A stretch of DNA of 64,000 nucleotides from an uncultured Clostridia bacterium. GTDB lineage: Bacteria > Bacillota > Clostridia > TANB77 > CAG-508. The stretch spans positions 332,688 to 396,687 of the forward strand of contig CAQUUC010000001.1 in NCBI GenBank assembly GCA_948896235.1. The letters are read 5' to 3'. The notes beneath the pieces were generated by a model that searched no databases, had not been told where the DNA came from, and saw only the letters and a program-made list of their open reading frames with translations. The position numbers and the translations under genes are program-made. Below are positions 41,348 through 51,995 of the stretch, piece after piece; within the stretch, counting starts at the first letter, position 1; every line of letters starts with the position of its first letter.

Positions 41348-42121
41348 TTATAACTCTTCTGCAAATCCTTTTTGAAGTTTATTAAATATCATATATCCAA
41401 CTACACAAATAGCTATCATTATTCCAGCTACCATTAATAAGGATTTAACATCAGGTGCCGCTTGGTTATAAAATATATCTCTATAAGCATTAATTACATA
41501 TGTCATTGGATTTAAATTTAATATCCATTTAAAATTTTCTGGTATAGTATTTGCATTATATACTATTGGTGTTGCATAGAAAAGTAATTGTAATGCCACT
41601 CCAATCAAATGTTGTAAATCTCTTACATATACTGTTATGCTAGATACAATAAACGATATTCCTAATATTAATATGTATTGTACTAAAAATATTATTGGAT
41701 AATATAATATAAATTTAGTAATTCCAACACCATATACAAGTACAAATGCAATAATAATTATTGTAGATATCAAAAAGTTTATTGCTTCACTAGTTACAAT
41801 TGATATTGGCAATATTTCTCGCGGAAAATATACTTTTTTAATTATATTTCCATTTTCTATCATTGTAAATGCTGCTCTTGTTATTGCAGTTGAAAAGAAT
41901 GTCCAAGGAATTAATCCACAACACAAGAATATAACATAATTCTTCTCATTATTTTTTAATATTAAAGGAAATACTATTGCATATACAAGTATTTGTAGTA
42001 ATGGGTTTAGAAACGACCACAATACACCCAAAAATGAATTTTTGTATTTCCCTCTTATTTCTTTTTTTACACTAGTTTTTAGTAATTCTCTATAATTATA
42101 CAAATTTTTAAATACTTTCAT
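41348..42121 (-). CDS. ABC-2 type polysaccharide/teichoic-acid export permease (Wzm/TagG-like)
   Basis: 6 TM helices, 257 aa, adjacent to Wzt-like ATPase. Confidence 0.7.
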   Translation of the reverse strand: MKVFKNLYNYRELLKTSVKKEIRGKYKNSFLGVLWSFLNPLLQILVYAIVFPLILKNNEKNYVIFLCCGLIPWTFFSTAITRAAFTMIENGNIIKKVYFPREILPISIVTSEAINFLISTIIIIAFVLVYGVGITKFILYYPIIFLVQYILILGISFIVSSITVYVRDLQHLIGVALQLLFYATPIVYNANTIPENFKWILNLNPMTYVINAYRDIFYNQAAPDVKSLLMVAGIMIAICVVGYMIFNKLQKGFAEEL

Positions 42122-42157
42122 TTTACTCTCCTCTATTTACGCTACTATTTAAAAAGT

Positions 42158-42898
42158 TTAAGCTGTAACTTTTAAATATTCATTTACTACTTCGTCTGTA
42201 TTACCATCCATTCTAATTTGTCCTTCATATAACCATACTGCTCTATCACATAAGTTTTTTACAGACTCCATACTATGCGTTACAAATACCATAGTTTTTC
42301 CTTGTTCTTTTAATTCTCTCATTTTATTAAAACATTTTTCTTGGAAATGTTGATCTCCTACTGATAATATTTCATCAATTAAAAGAATATCTGCATTTAC
42401 ATTTATTGCAACAGAAAATGCTAGTCTCATATACATACCAGAAGAATATGTTCTAACTGGATTATCTATATAGTTTCCTAATTCTGAAAATTCTATTATA
42501 TTGTCTAATCTTTCATCTATCTCTTTTTTAGTAAGTCCAAATATTGAAGCATTAAAATATATATTTTCTCTACCAGAAAAGTCTGGATGAAATCCTGCAC
42601 CTAATTCTAGTAATGATGTTAATTTTCCATTTGTTGTTATTTTTCCTTTATTTGGGTATATAATTTTTGTCATTAATTTAAGTAGAGTTGATTTTCCGCT
42701 TCCATTTACACCTATTAATGCTACTGTCTCTCCTTGTTTTATTCTTAAATTTATTCCCTTTAATACCTGTCTTTTTTCTTTTTTATTTCTCTTAAAAAAC
42801 ATTAACTTTTCTTTAATAGTATTAGCTTTGTCCATATATACGTTAAACGTTTTATATACATCTTCAACAATAATTGTATCTTCACTATTTTCTTGCAT
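42158..42898 (-). CDS. ABC transporter ATP-binding protein (Wzt/TagH-like)
   Basis: Walker A GVNGSGKST, signature LSGG-like, Walker B ILLIDE. Confidence 0.8.
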   Translation of the reverse strand: MQENSEDTIIVEDVYKTFNVYMDKANTIKEKLMFFKRNKKEKRQVLKGINLRIKQGETVALIGVNGSGKSTLLKLMTKIIYPNKGKITTNGKLTSLLELGAGFHPDFSGRENIYFNASIFGLTKKEIDERLDNIIEFSELGNYIDNPVRTYSSGMYMRLAFSVAINVNADILLIDEILSVGDQHFQEKCFNKMRELKEQGKTMVFVTHSMESVKNLCDRAVWLYEGQIRMDGNTDEVVNEYLKVTA

Positions 42899-42963
42899 TT
42901 TTTATCCTCCCACTTCAAATTAAGTCACATTATATCATATTAGTAAAAATTTGAAAACTAAAT

Positions 42964-43848
42964 TTATAAGAATTTTCTTTTGGTAACGATTACTCCTGGT
43001 AAGTACATAACAACAAATAATACTTTATTTAATGTACCTTTTACATTATTTATAGCTTCTTTAAATTTTCTTTTAGTTAAATATGAAAATAATATATAAT
43101 GTTTTAATATATACATTCTCTTTTTAAAGTATATCCCTCTTAAATTCATATCAAACATTTCTTTAAAGTACTTATAATAACCATATGGATACTTTCTAAA
43201 TACTTCTATAATATTTTTTGAATATCCACTATCTTGATATTCACATATCATAATCGGTTCATTAACACATTTTAGTTTGTACTTTAAATCCATTTTGTGA
43301 TACATTCTTGCTTCTGTAACAAACTTTTCAGCTTTTTCTAATTCATAATTATATTGTTTTCTTATATTAGCATTATATACTAATGCCTTTTCCCCATTTT
43401 CACCTTGTTTAAAATATAAATCAAACATAGTACTTTCTTTTTCTTTAAATAAATTACCTATATTACATTCATTTTGGTCATATTTTAAATAGCACATTGC
43501 ATATGTATTTTCATCTAGTTCATTGCAAGTATTTTTTATTGTCAAAAATGCATTTTGTTTAAAATAATCGTCTGAATCGCATTCTATAATTAGTTCTCCT
43601 GTTGAATATGGTACTAGATTATTTATAGCCTCCATTTTACCTTTATTTTCTTGGCTATAATATTGAATATCAAATTTATTCTCGTTAATAAATTTCTCTA
43701 TTAACTTTGCTGTTCCATCTGTAGAACCATCATCCATAATAAGCCATTCTACTTCAAGCCCATAATTTAAATTTTTTAGTATGCTTTTATATAATCTTTC
43801 TAACAATTTTTCTCTGTTATAGGTTGGTGTTAGGATTGATATCTTCAT
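42964..43848 (-). CDS. glycosyltransferase family 2
   Basis: MKISILTPTYNREK...LIMDDGSTDGT. Confidence 0.7.
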   Translation of the reverse strand: MKISILTPTYNREKLLERLYKSILKNLNYGLEVEWLIMDDGSTDGTAKLIEKFINENKFDIQYYSQENKGKMEAINNLVPYSTGELIIECDSDDYFKQNAFLTIKNTCNELDENTYAMCYLKYDQNECNIGNLFKEKESTMFDLYFKQGENGEKALVYNANIRKQYNYELEKAEKFVTEARMYHKMDLKYKLKCVNEPIMICEYQDSGYSKNIIEVFRKYPYGYYKYFKEMFDMNLRGIYFKKRMYILKHYILFSYLTKRKFKEAINNVKGTLNKVLFVVMYLPGVIVTKRKFL

Positions 43849-43911
43849 ATTTTACTCCTCTTTTGGTAATATTAATGATAATTAGTAGTTTATAAATTAA
43901 ATTAAATCTTA

Positions 43912-45018
43912 TTATAATATTTCCTTTATTTTCTCTAATATATCTAAATTATCATAAGCACTACTATTATTACTTGCTTCGTATTTAACTTTACTTTCTA
44001 TAATTTGTTTTAATCCATTATATATCGCTTCTTCATTATTGTCCACGATAATACTTTTTTCATAATCTGCAACAGCTTCCCTTGCTGCTGTATTTGTTAT
44101 TATTATAAACTTGTCTAAAATTTTTGCTTCCTCTAATACCATTCCATAGCCTTCATATGATGATAATAAAAAGAATATATCTGCATTTTTTATATATGGA
44201 TATGGATTTTCTTTTTTACCTAATAATTTAAATGTATTTTGAACCTTATTTTCTTTTATACTGTTTTCTAGTTTTTCTCTTTCTGGTCCTTCTCCTATAA
44301 CATAAACATTATGAATAAAACCATCTCTAATTAGATTTATATGTACTTTTAATAGTCTATCTATAGCTTTTTGCACTGTTAATCTTGCTACTGTTACAAA
44401 ATTAATTTTGTCTTTTTCAAATTCAATATCCAAATTAGAATTTGATTTTTCTTTAACATTTTCTGCCTCTATATAATTATATATTAATTTTAACTTATCC
44501 TTAGCTATATCTGTATATAAATCCTTAAATTTCTCTAAATTATCTTCACTCACAAATATAATTTCATCATATCTATTATATATCTTGTTATCATATCTTC
44601 CTTTTATTTTAGCTTTTAAATTATTTCCAAAAACCTTTGATATATCATTGTGTACCCAAGCAATTTTCTTTGTTTTAGTATTTTTAATAGAAAATAATCT
44701 TGTTATTGGTCCTTCTAAAAATGCTATTTCTGTGTCATAATTTTCTCGTTTTATATTTTCGTTATATATATTCTTTCTAGCTAAAAGTAGCTTTAATGAA
44801 ACCATTAACTTTTCTAATTTACTCATTTCATTATATGGTTTATTATACAAACTAAAAATTTTAATATTTTTAGATACTGCCTTTTCAAATTCCCCATTAG
44901 GATATAAAGTAAATATGGTAATATCATATTCATTTTGTAATTTATTTACGATATCTACTAATACTTTTTCTGCTCCTCCTAATGTTAAGCTAGTTATTCC
45001 AAATAATATCTTTTTCAA
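43912..45018 (-). CDS. glycosyltransferase family 4 (GT1 fold)
   Basis: GGAEKVLVDIV N-terminus, C-terminal E-x7-E-like region. Confidence 0.65.
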   Translation of the reverse strand: MKKILFGITSLTLGGAEKVLVDIVNKLQNEYDITIFTLYPNGEFEKAVSKNIKIFSLYNKPYNEMSKLEKLMVSLKLLLARKNIYNENIKRENYDTEIAFLEGPITRLFSIKNTKTKKIAWVHNDISKVFGNNLKAKIKGRYDNKIYNRYDEIIFVSEDNLEKFKDLYTDIAKDKLKLIYNYIEAENVKEKSNSNLDIEFEKDKINFVTVARLTVQKAIDRLLKVHINLIRDGFIHNVYVIGEGPEREKLENSIKENKVQNTFKLLGKKENPYPYIKNADIFFLLSSYEGYGMVLEEAKILDKFIIITNTAAREAVADYEKSIIVDNNEEAIYNGLKQIIESKVKYEASNNSSAYDNLDILEKIKEIL

Positions 45019-45110
45019 TCAAATATCCTCCTATTTTTGACATTTTATGTAAAATATAGTATAATACATTTTAGTAACTACATGTTTATTTATAAGAAAG
45101 GCGGTAAAAT

Positions 45111-45395
45111 ATGGCTCAGAATTATAGTATCAATTGTGACAATGGCGTAAGGGTTGAATTCATTACATCTGGCAGTGTTACGAGCATGGATGTAAACATT
45201 TATCGCACAATTAACGACAATGGTGAGGATGCAACTTCTCTTCTTGCCATACTCCAGATACGTGACGGCGAAATTGAAGTAAGCACTTTTTCCTGGAAGA
45301 CTTCATCACTTGAAGATATTGCTTGCTACAACATCGGCTGTAAATGTATCAGGCGGATACAGAAGAATCCTCAGGAACTTTTTAACCAGCATTAA
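45111..45395 (+). CDS. small hypothetical protein (94 aa), GC-rich, opposite strand inside the glycan cluster; probably foreign
   Basis: about 42% G+C; in-frame CGG (IRRIQ); weak hairpin downstream. Confidence 0.3.
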   Translation: MAQNYSINCDNGVRVEFITSGSVTSMDVNIYRTINDNGEDATSLLAILQIRDGEIEVSTFSWKTSSLEDIACYNIGCKCIRRIQKNPQELFNQH

Positions 45396-45444
45396 AATTG
45401 AGTATTATGAACCACCATATGGTAGGATCAGGCGCTGCCTGTTT

Positions 45445-46860
45445 CTACCTTTTTATTTCTTTATTTTTTACTATTAATAATGTACATATAACTATAATTA
45501 TTGTTGTTGTAGACATATTAAAAAATGTATATCCAGACAAAAATGCTAATGCAAAACTAAATAGTAATCCAAGTATTAGCATTATATATTCAGTATCTAT
45601 TTCTTTTCTATTTTTAAACCCAATATATATTGAATAACAAGCAATAAGTAACATAGGAATAAAATATAATGTAAATCCTATTATTCCAAAATTAAATAAA
45701 AATGCTGGTATTTCCATTTCTAATACTAACTCTCTATAATTTGTCAAATATCCATTCCCAAATAACATATATAATGGATTTGCTTGATTTTTTACTAAAT
45801 AAAAATTATACACTAACTGCTGTGTTCTCATATCATTATTTACTACATTATGCTTATTTGCAAAATGATATAAGTCTAAAATAGCTCTCTTCGATTCTTC
45901 ACTCATATATCCATCTTCTAGTTCATCACTATCTATTTTCTCTTTTATTTCTAATAAAGAACCCGAAATATGAGACATAGTGTTATTGGTTTCATCAATT
46001 ATATTTCCTTCTATACTTTCTAAATGTTTTCTTCTTTGTAAAGTTGTAGAGCCTACTACTCCTACCACCACCACTACAGCTATAATTGCGATTATACTAC
46101 CAATTAATATGTTTTTATCTAGTTGTGCTTTATGAAGTATTGCTACAAATATTTCTACTATAGCATATAAGAATAACGTTAAAATAAAGCCAAATAATCC
46201 TACTCTTGTTCCTATTAATGTGGTTAAATAAATTCCAACCAAAATAATAATAGCAATAGCCCAGTATCTATACCTTTTGTCTTTTACTAAATTAAGTAAT
46301 ATAAACATAGACAATATAAGAATTGCACTAATACTATTTCCTGACTCAAACCAACCCTTATATCCCATTTTTTCTATATATGTAGATGATGATGTTTTTG
46401 TTATAATCGATATGAATATTGATACTATATATATTGTAATACTAATTAGGACGCTTGTTTGTATTTTTTTTGTGTTACTTTTTTTAAAAGTATATAAGTA
46501 AATAAATAAATTTAATATCATGAACGAATAATTTATCAAGTATTGTAATTCATGTACAATTCCACTATATGAACTATCAGTTCTCAATCTATTAAATATA
46601 ATTAAGTGTACTACTGCATATATTGCATATATACTTGTTACAATTATTAGTTTTAGCTTTATCTTATCTTTAAAGAATATATAAGTAATTATACATATTG
46701 GTATAATTGGTCTTATAAATGTAGATGGCGATATATTTGTATTAAATACATTTCTAAATATAAAACTTGCCATATCAAGTATTGGACATATCATTATACA
46801 TACGTATAATAGATTTTCTATTGTTATTTTTTCTTTTACTCTCTTTAATTTTTCTTTCAT
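45445..46860 (-). CDS. O-antigen ligase/polymerase-like membrane protein (Wzy_C-type)
   Basis: 471 aa, about 12 TM helices with a large periplasmic-type loop; cluster context. Confidence 0.45.
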   Translation of the reverse strand: MKEKLKRVKEKITIENLLYVCIMICPILDMASFIFRNVFNTNISPSTFIRPIIPICIITYIFFKDKIKLKLIIVTSIYAIYAVVHLIIFNRLRTDSSYSGIVHELQYLINYSFMILNLFIYLYTFKKSNTKKIQTSVLISITIYIVSIFISIITKTSSSTYIEKMGYKGWFESGNSISAILILSMFILLNLVKDKRYRYWAIAIIILVGIYLTTLIGTRVGLFGFILTLFLYAIVEIFVAILHKAQLDKNILIGSIIAIIAVVVVVGVVGSTTLQRRKHLESIEGNIIDETNNTMSHISGSLLEIKEKIDSDELEDGYMSEESKRAILDLYHFANKHNVVNNDMRTQQLVYNFYLVKNQANPLYMLFGNGYLTNYRELVLEMEIPAFLFNFGIIGFTLYFIPMLLIACYSIYIGFKNRKEIDTEYIMLILGLLFSFALAFLSGYTFFNMSTTTIIIVICTLLIVKNKEIKR

Positions 46861-46894
46861 TACTACCTCTTTTATAACTATTCATTACGCTATA

Positions 46895-47839
46895 TTAAAA
46901 AATTTTAGCATATATCCTATATGTAAATCTGTTTACACTTCTCATATATATTTTTTTTGAATTTAGATTTGTATTTAATATTTTATTCTGTTTCCAATCA
47001 GGAAAGTTTTCGTTTAATTTTACCCAAGTTTTGTTTAATAATTCTTTTTTAATACTTACATTCTTTATCTTAGTCATTCTCTTAAATGAACTACATAATA
47101 ATAATCGTGTATATGTGTATTCTAATACTTCTCTATATTTTTCATATAAATTTTTCTCTTTGTAAAATAGAATTACATTATCTAAAACTGTAAATATATC
47201 ACTTGCTTTTTCATTTTGAACATTTGATAATGAATTTTTTCTTTGTACATAATAAATTAATGGTTCTTTTACAAATGATACTTTTTCTATATATGGTATT
47301 AATTTATAGAAAAATTCTACATCTTCATATTGTAATCCCTTTGGAAATTCTATTTGTGCTTGTTCAATTAATTCCCTTTTATATAATTTATTCCATGCAA
47401 CTACTCTTGCAATTTCTAGCATTTCTTTTTTTCCTTTATATGCTTTCCCGATATCTTTTTTATTCTTTTTTCCATACTGCCAATAAAAATTACATTCTAC
47501 GATATCACTATTTTCTTTTTTTGCTTTTTCATACATTATTTTATACATATCTTCTTTTATGTAATCATCAGAGTCTAAAAAAGCTATATATTTTCCAGTT
47601 GCATATTTCATTCCATAATTTCTAGCATCTGATAGTCCACCATTTTCTTTTCTATAATATCGCATATTTTTATATTTATCTGTATACTCTTTTACAAGCT
47701 TTGTAGATAAATCAGTAGATCCATCATCTACAATAATAATTTCTATATCTTCTAAAGTTTGGTTTACAAGAGAATTTAAACATCTTCTTATATAATTTTC
47801 TACATTATATACTGGCACTATAACACTAACTTTTGCCAT
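46895..47839 (-). CDS. glycosyltransferase family 2
   Basis: VSVIVPVYNVENYIRRCLNSLVNQT...IIVDDGSTD. Confidence 0.75.
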   Translation of the reverse strand: MAKVSVIVPVYNVENYIRRCLNSLVNQTLEDIEIIIVDDGSTDLSTKLVKEYTDKYKNMRYYRKENGGLSDARNYGMKYATGKYIAFLDSDDYIKEDMYKIMYEKAKKENSDIVECNFYWQYGKKNKKDIGKAYKGKKEMLEIARVVAWNKLYKRELIEQAQIEFPKGLQYEDVEFFYKLIPYIEKVSFVKEPLIYYVQRKNSLSNVQNEKASDIFTVLDNVILFYKEKNLYEKYREVLEYTYTRLLLCSSFKRMTKIKNVSIKKELLNKTWVKLNENFPDWKQNKILNTNLNSKKIYMRSVNRFTYRIYAKIF

Positions 47840-47853
47840 CTTAACACCTCTTA

Positions 47854-48795
47854 TTATTTTAATTTTAAATACAATTTTATATTGATTCTTAAGATTAGTT
47901 TTTTTACAAATTGTTTCATATTGTTTACTTGTATATTATCTACCATATTTCTTTTTCTTATTTTTTGTATATAAATATCTAAGTCTTCTTTCTTTAATTC
48001 TTTTAATTTTAATATAATAGCATTAGTATAATATGTTTTTAAATTTTTTATTGTAGTTTCCTTCAAATTTTCTTTATTTATAAACTCTAGCATATTATCG
48101 TAATGTAATAATGTATCATTTACTTTCTTTAATGTCTTTGAATAATCCTCATTTCTTGTAATACTGCCATTTGTTTGTAAATAGCAATATCCATACGTGT
48201 TAATTGATATTATTGATTTAGCTTTTAATATTATAAGCGGAATTAACCCAAAATCTTCATGTTCTGTATTTACTTTAAATTTATTTTCTTTAAACAATTC
48301 TCTTTTAAACACATATATACATGGGGAATCCAATAAAACATCGCTAAAGCACAACATATTAAACGCAGTTTGTCCATCACACTTATCAAATATTGCGCCA
48401 TCAACTTTTTCTAAGATCTCTCCAGTCTCATTAACTCTTTTAAGTTTAAATTTAATAATATCAATATCTTGTTCTATATATGTTTTTAATTCTTTAATCA
48501 AGCCTTCGCTAATAAAATCATCAGAGTCAATAAACAGAATATACTTTCCTTTAGCTTTAGAAATACCAAAATTTCTAGTATCTGCAACTCCTGTATTTTC
48601 TTTCTCATAGTAGGTTATTTTTTTAGGATTCTCTTTTTCATATTTCTTTACAATTTCTCCTGAATTATCTGTTGAGCCATCATTAATTGCTAATATTTCC
48701 GTCTCCTCTAAATCTTGAGTAATTATTGATTCTAAACATTTTTTCAAATTATCTCCTGCATTATATATTGGTACAATTATACTTAATTTACACAT
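47854..48795 (-). CDS. glycosyltransferase family 2
   Basis: LSIIVPIYNAGDNLKKCLESII...AINDGSTDNS. Confidence 0.75.
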   Translation of the reverse strand: MCKLSIIVPIYNAGDNLKKCLESIITQDLEETEILAINDGSTDNSGEIVKKYEKENPKKITYYEKENTGVADTRNFGISKAKGKYILFIDSDDFISEGLIKELKTYIEQDIDIIKFKLKRVNETGEILEKVDGAIFDKCDGQTAFNMLCFSDVLLDSPCIYVFKRELFKENKFKVNTEHEDFGLIPLIILKAKSIISINTYGYCYLQTNGSITRNEDYSKTLKKVNDTLLHYDNMLEFINKENLKETTIKNLKTYYTNAIILKLKELKKEDLDIYIQKIRKRNMVDNIQVNNMKQFVKKLILRINIKLYLKLK

Positions 48796-48823
48796 TTTAT
48801 CACCTTATAATATTTTTAACATT

Positions 48824-49912
48824 TTATATCTTATTATTAATAAGTTTTTCTAACTTTTCAGTAATATCTCTATTATATTCTTCTGGATCAAATTTATATT
48901 TTATATCATATCCATATTCTATAAATCGTTTCATTGTTTTATATAACTCCTCTGTAGTTTTTTCTATTACTTCTCCATATTTACCCTTTATATCTTGTAA
49001 AGCATCTGCCACATTTGTTGTAATTATTGGCTTATTTAATATCAATGCTTCTAAAAACACTACTGGATAACCTTCATAATCAGAACTTAGTATTACAGCA
49101 TCTGCTAATTTCATATATGCATATGGATTTTTCTTTACTCCTAAAAATTTTATTTTGTTTTGTAATCCCATTTTTTCTGCCATTATTTTATAAATTTCTG
49201 TATCTTTGCCTTCTCCTATAAATAGAACTTCAAAATTCATATTATCATTTTTTAATTTCTCACTTGCCTCTAATATTCTTGTTAGCTTTTTTTGTAGTTC
49301 GTCATGTCTTCCTACGTTTACAAATGTATATATATCCTTTTTCTCTTCAACATTCTCGTTAGATAAGTTTTCTATTTTTTTATAATCAATTAGGTTATTA
49401 CAAAAAATTACTTTATCTTTTACGTTTGGGTATACTTCTATAAAACTTTCACAAGCTTTTTTAGAAACAAATACTATTTTTTTAAATTTTTCATATTGTA
49501 TTTCTCTAAAGAATTCCTTAACCTTTTCTTTATCTCCTTTATATAATGCCAAGTAATCAGCATGTCCCCACAATACATTATTTTTAGATGCTGTTCTTGC
49601 TACAAATGATGCTACTTTAGAATAGGTAGCAAAAGAAGCGGAAAAATCAAATTTATTTTTATATTTTAATGTAAAGTATAGTCTCTTTGCTAGATTAATA
49701 CCTTTTCTTATAAGTATATTTTTACATTTACTTGGAGTATATTGTACTATATTTATTCTATTATCTAGATCATGCAAGAATATACCTTGCTTTTCTTCTA
49801 ATACTAAAGTTATTTTATAATCCTTATTAACTAGATAATTAAGCAAAGTTACTAATGCATTTTCTATTCCTCCAACATCCATATGTACTGCTGCAAATAG
49901 TATTTTTTTCAT
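48824..49912 (-). CDS. glycosyltransferase family 4 (GT1 fold)
   Basis: MKKILFAAVHMDVGGIENALVTLLNYL. Confidence 0.65.
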   Translation of the reverse strand: MKKILFAAVHMDVGGIENALVTLLNYLVNKDYKITLVLEEKQGIFLHDLDNRINIVQYTPSKCKNILIRKGINLAKRLYFTLKYKNKFDFSASFATYSKVASFVARTASKNNVLWGHADYLALYKGDKEKVKEFFREIQYEKFKKIVFVSKKACESFIEVYPNVKDKVIFCNNLIDYKKIENLSNENVEEKKDIYTFVNVGRHDELQKKLTRILEASEKLKNDNMNFEVLFIGEGKDTEIYKIMAEKMGLQNKIKFLGVKKNPYAYMKLADAVILSSDYEGYPVVFLEALILNKPIITTNVADALQDIKGKYGEVIEKTTEELYKTMKRFIEYGYDIKYKFDPEEYNRDITEKLEKLINNKI

Positions 49913-50042
49913 TCTTTATAATCATTCCTTTAATTTTTTTATTTATACTTATTCTAATGTGCTAATTATACCATAATATATAGTTTTCTACTATAAAAAA
50001 ACAAAAAAAATAGAGTTTTTAACTCTACTTTCCTTATATACA

Positions 50043-50243
50043 TTATGCAATTCCATATTTTTTCTTGAATTTATCTGCTCTACCACCTGTTGTGTTTAAT
50101 TTTAAGCTACCTGTCCAAAATGGATGACATTTTGAGCAAACATCTACTTTTATATCTTTTTTTGTTGATTTTGTTGTAAAAACATTTCCACATGCACATG
50201 TTATTGTTGTTTCTGTAAATTCTGGATGTAATCCTTCTTTCAT
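50043..50243 (-). CDS. rpmE: 50S ribosomal protein L31 (Zn-ribbon type A)
   Basis: MKEGLHPEF...C..C...C.KCHPF. Confidence 0.9.
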   Translation of the reverse strand: MKEGLHPEFTETTITCACGNVFTTKSTKKDIKVDVCSKCHPFWTGSLKLNTTGGRADKFKKKYGIA

Positions 50244-50384
50244 TTTGTGTTCACCTCTTTTTCTTATTTATTAAATTTGCTAACTAATATCTTAACACAA
50301 ATTTTATATGATTTCAACTAAAAGTTGAAAATTTTACCTATTTTATTGTTAATAATTTGTTAAAGCTTAATATTCAAATATATT

Positions 50385-50546
50385 TTACTTTTTATTTTCT
50401 TCATTATTCTTCTCTAGCATATATTGTGCTGATGTTCTTAATTCTTCAAGAAATGGTAATTTGTTTACTAATTTTATCATTATATTAAACAAGCAAGCAA
50501 CGATCAAAATAAAAAGTCCTACTTTTTTCCATATTTTAGCTGCCAT
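50385..50546 (-). CDS. small membrane protein (53 aa)
   Basis: RBS GGAGGAAAAAAT before ATG; MAAKIWKKVGLFILIVACLFNIMIKL; not in ORF track. Confidence 0.35.
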   Translation of the reverse strand: MAAKIWKKVGLFILIVACLFNIMIKLVNKLPFLEELRTSAQYMLEKNNEENKK

Positions 50547-50667
50547 ATTTTTTCCTCCGTTTTTTATACTCTACCTTTATTATTATACTATATTTTAAAT
50601 TTTTGTCAATATTATTAGATTTTTTGGTTACAATATGTAGTAATAATTTTGAAAGGAAGAATTATTA

Positions 50668-51363
50668 ATGAAATTTAAATTCATATATATATTATCTTTA
50701 TTATCTGTTTTATTATTCTTTTTAACTGGTTGTTCAAACAATAGTAACCTAGCTAACGAAACTAATACTGTTTCTGTAAATAGAACAAACACTGAAATTT
50801 CTTTAAACAATACTTGGAATGAATTATCAAATGTTTCAAACACCACAGATAACACCGTAAATGAAACACATATAGGTATTCACGATATTGAAGAACCTGA
50901 AGAGGAATTAGCTTCTTTTTCAACAAAACTTGGAGGAAAAGATACTCCAAGAAGTCGAAATATAGGTATTACTACCTCTACCTTAAACGAAACTATTGTG
51001 AATAATGGTGAAACCTTTTCCTTTTGTGGAACAATAGGAAATCCAACAGCTGATAGAGGATATGAAGAAGCGGATTCTTTTGATGCTGATGGAAATACAG
51101 TACAAACTTTAGGTGGTGGTAATTGTCAAGTAAGTAGTACTCTATATAATGTAGTTTTAAAAATAAAAGATTTAGAAGTAAAAGAAAGACATGCTCACAT
51201 TAAACCAGTTCATTATGTTGAAAAAGATAAAGATGCAACCGTAGCTTATGGTAGTGTAGATTTTAAATTTAAGAACAATACTGGCAGTAAAATAAAAATT
51301 TATGCTAATTCTGATTTAAATAGTGTTAATATACGAATTGTAAAACTATCCTCTAATTCGTAA
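50668..51363 (+). CDS. lipoprotein with VanW-like domain
   Basis: lipobox LTGC; GGGNCQVSSTLYN motif characteristic of VanW domain. Confidence 0.6.
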   Translation: MKFKFIYILSLLSVLLFFLTGCSNNSNLANETNTVSVNRTNTEISLNNTWNELSNVSNTTDNTVNETHIGIHDIEEPEEELASFSTKLGGKDTPRSRNIGITTSTLNETIVNNGETFSFCGTIGNPTADRGYEEADSFDADGNTVQTLGGGNCQVSSTLYNVVLKIKDLEVKERHAHIKPVHYVEKDKDATVAYGSVDFKFKNNTGSKIKIYANSDLNSVNIRIVKLSSNS

Positions 51364-51423
51364 TATCAATATATTCTAATTGCAAAATAAATGGGCCACA
51401 TTTCAATGCGACCCCTTATATTT

Positions 51424-51900
51424 CTATTTCTTTATAGCTAAGATTTTATATTTAGCTGTTCCAGCAGGAATTTTAAATTCTACTTCTTCCCCTTCTTTTG
51501 CTCCAAGAAGTGCTGCTCCTATTGGTGATTCATTAGAAATTCTATTTTGTGCTAAATCAACTTCCGTTGAACCAACTATTGTATATTCTGCTTCTTCATT
51601 AAATTCTATATCTAAAACTTTAACTGTGTTTCCTACTTGGACAGTAGTAGTATCTATTTCAGATTCATCTATAATTTTAGCATATCTCAATTTTGTTTCT
51701 AATCCAGCTATTTTTATTTCATTTGCTGCTTGTGCATTTTTTGCTTCATCATATTCAGAATTTTCTGATAAATCTCCAAATCCTAATGCTATTTTTATAC
51801 GTTCTGCTATTTCAGCTCTTTTTTCTGTTCTTAAATATTCTAATTCTTTCTCTAATTTATCATAACCTTCTTGTGTTAATATTACTTCTTTTTCTTCCAT
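51424..51900 (-). CDS. greA: transcription elongation factor GreA
   Basis: [16 protein letters not shown]...[14 protein letters not shown]. Confidence 0.9.
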   Translation of the reverse strand: MEEKEVILTQEGYDKLEKELEYLRTEKRAEIAERIKIALGFGDLSENSEYDEAKNAQAANEIKIAGLETKLRYAKIIDESEIDTTTVQVGNTVKVLDIEFNEEAEYTIVGSTEVDLAQNRISNESPIGAALLGAKEGEEVEFKIPAGTAKYKILAIKK

Positions 51901-51995
51901 AATATAACGTCTCCTCTCAAATACAAATGTGCTCTGTATTGTTTTTATATTGACACTATCTTAAGATAATTCTTACAGTTTGTCAAGAGAAAATC

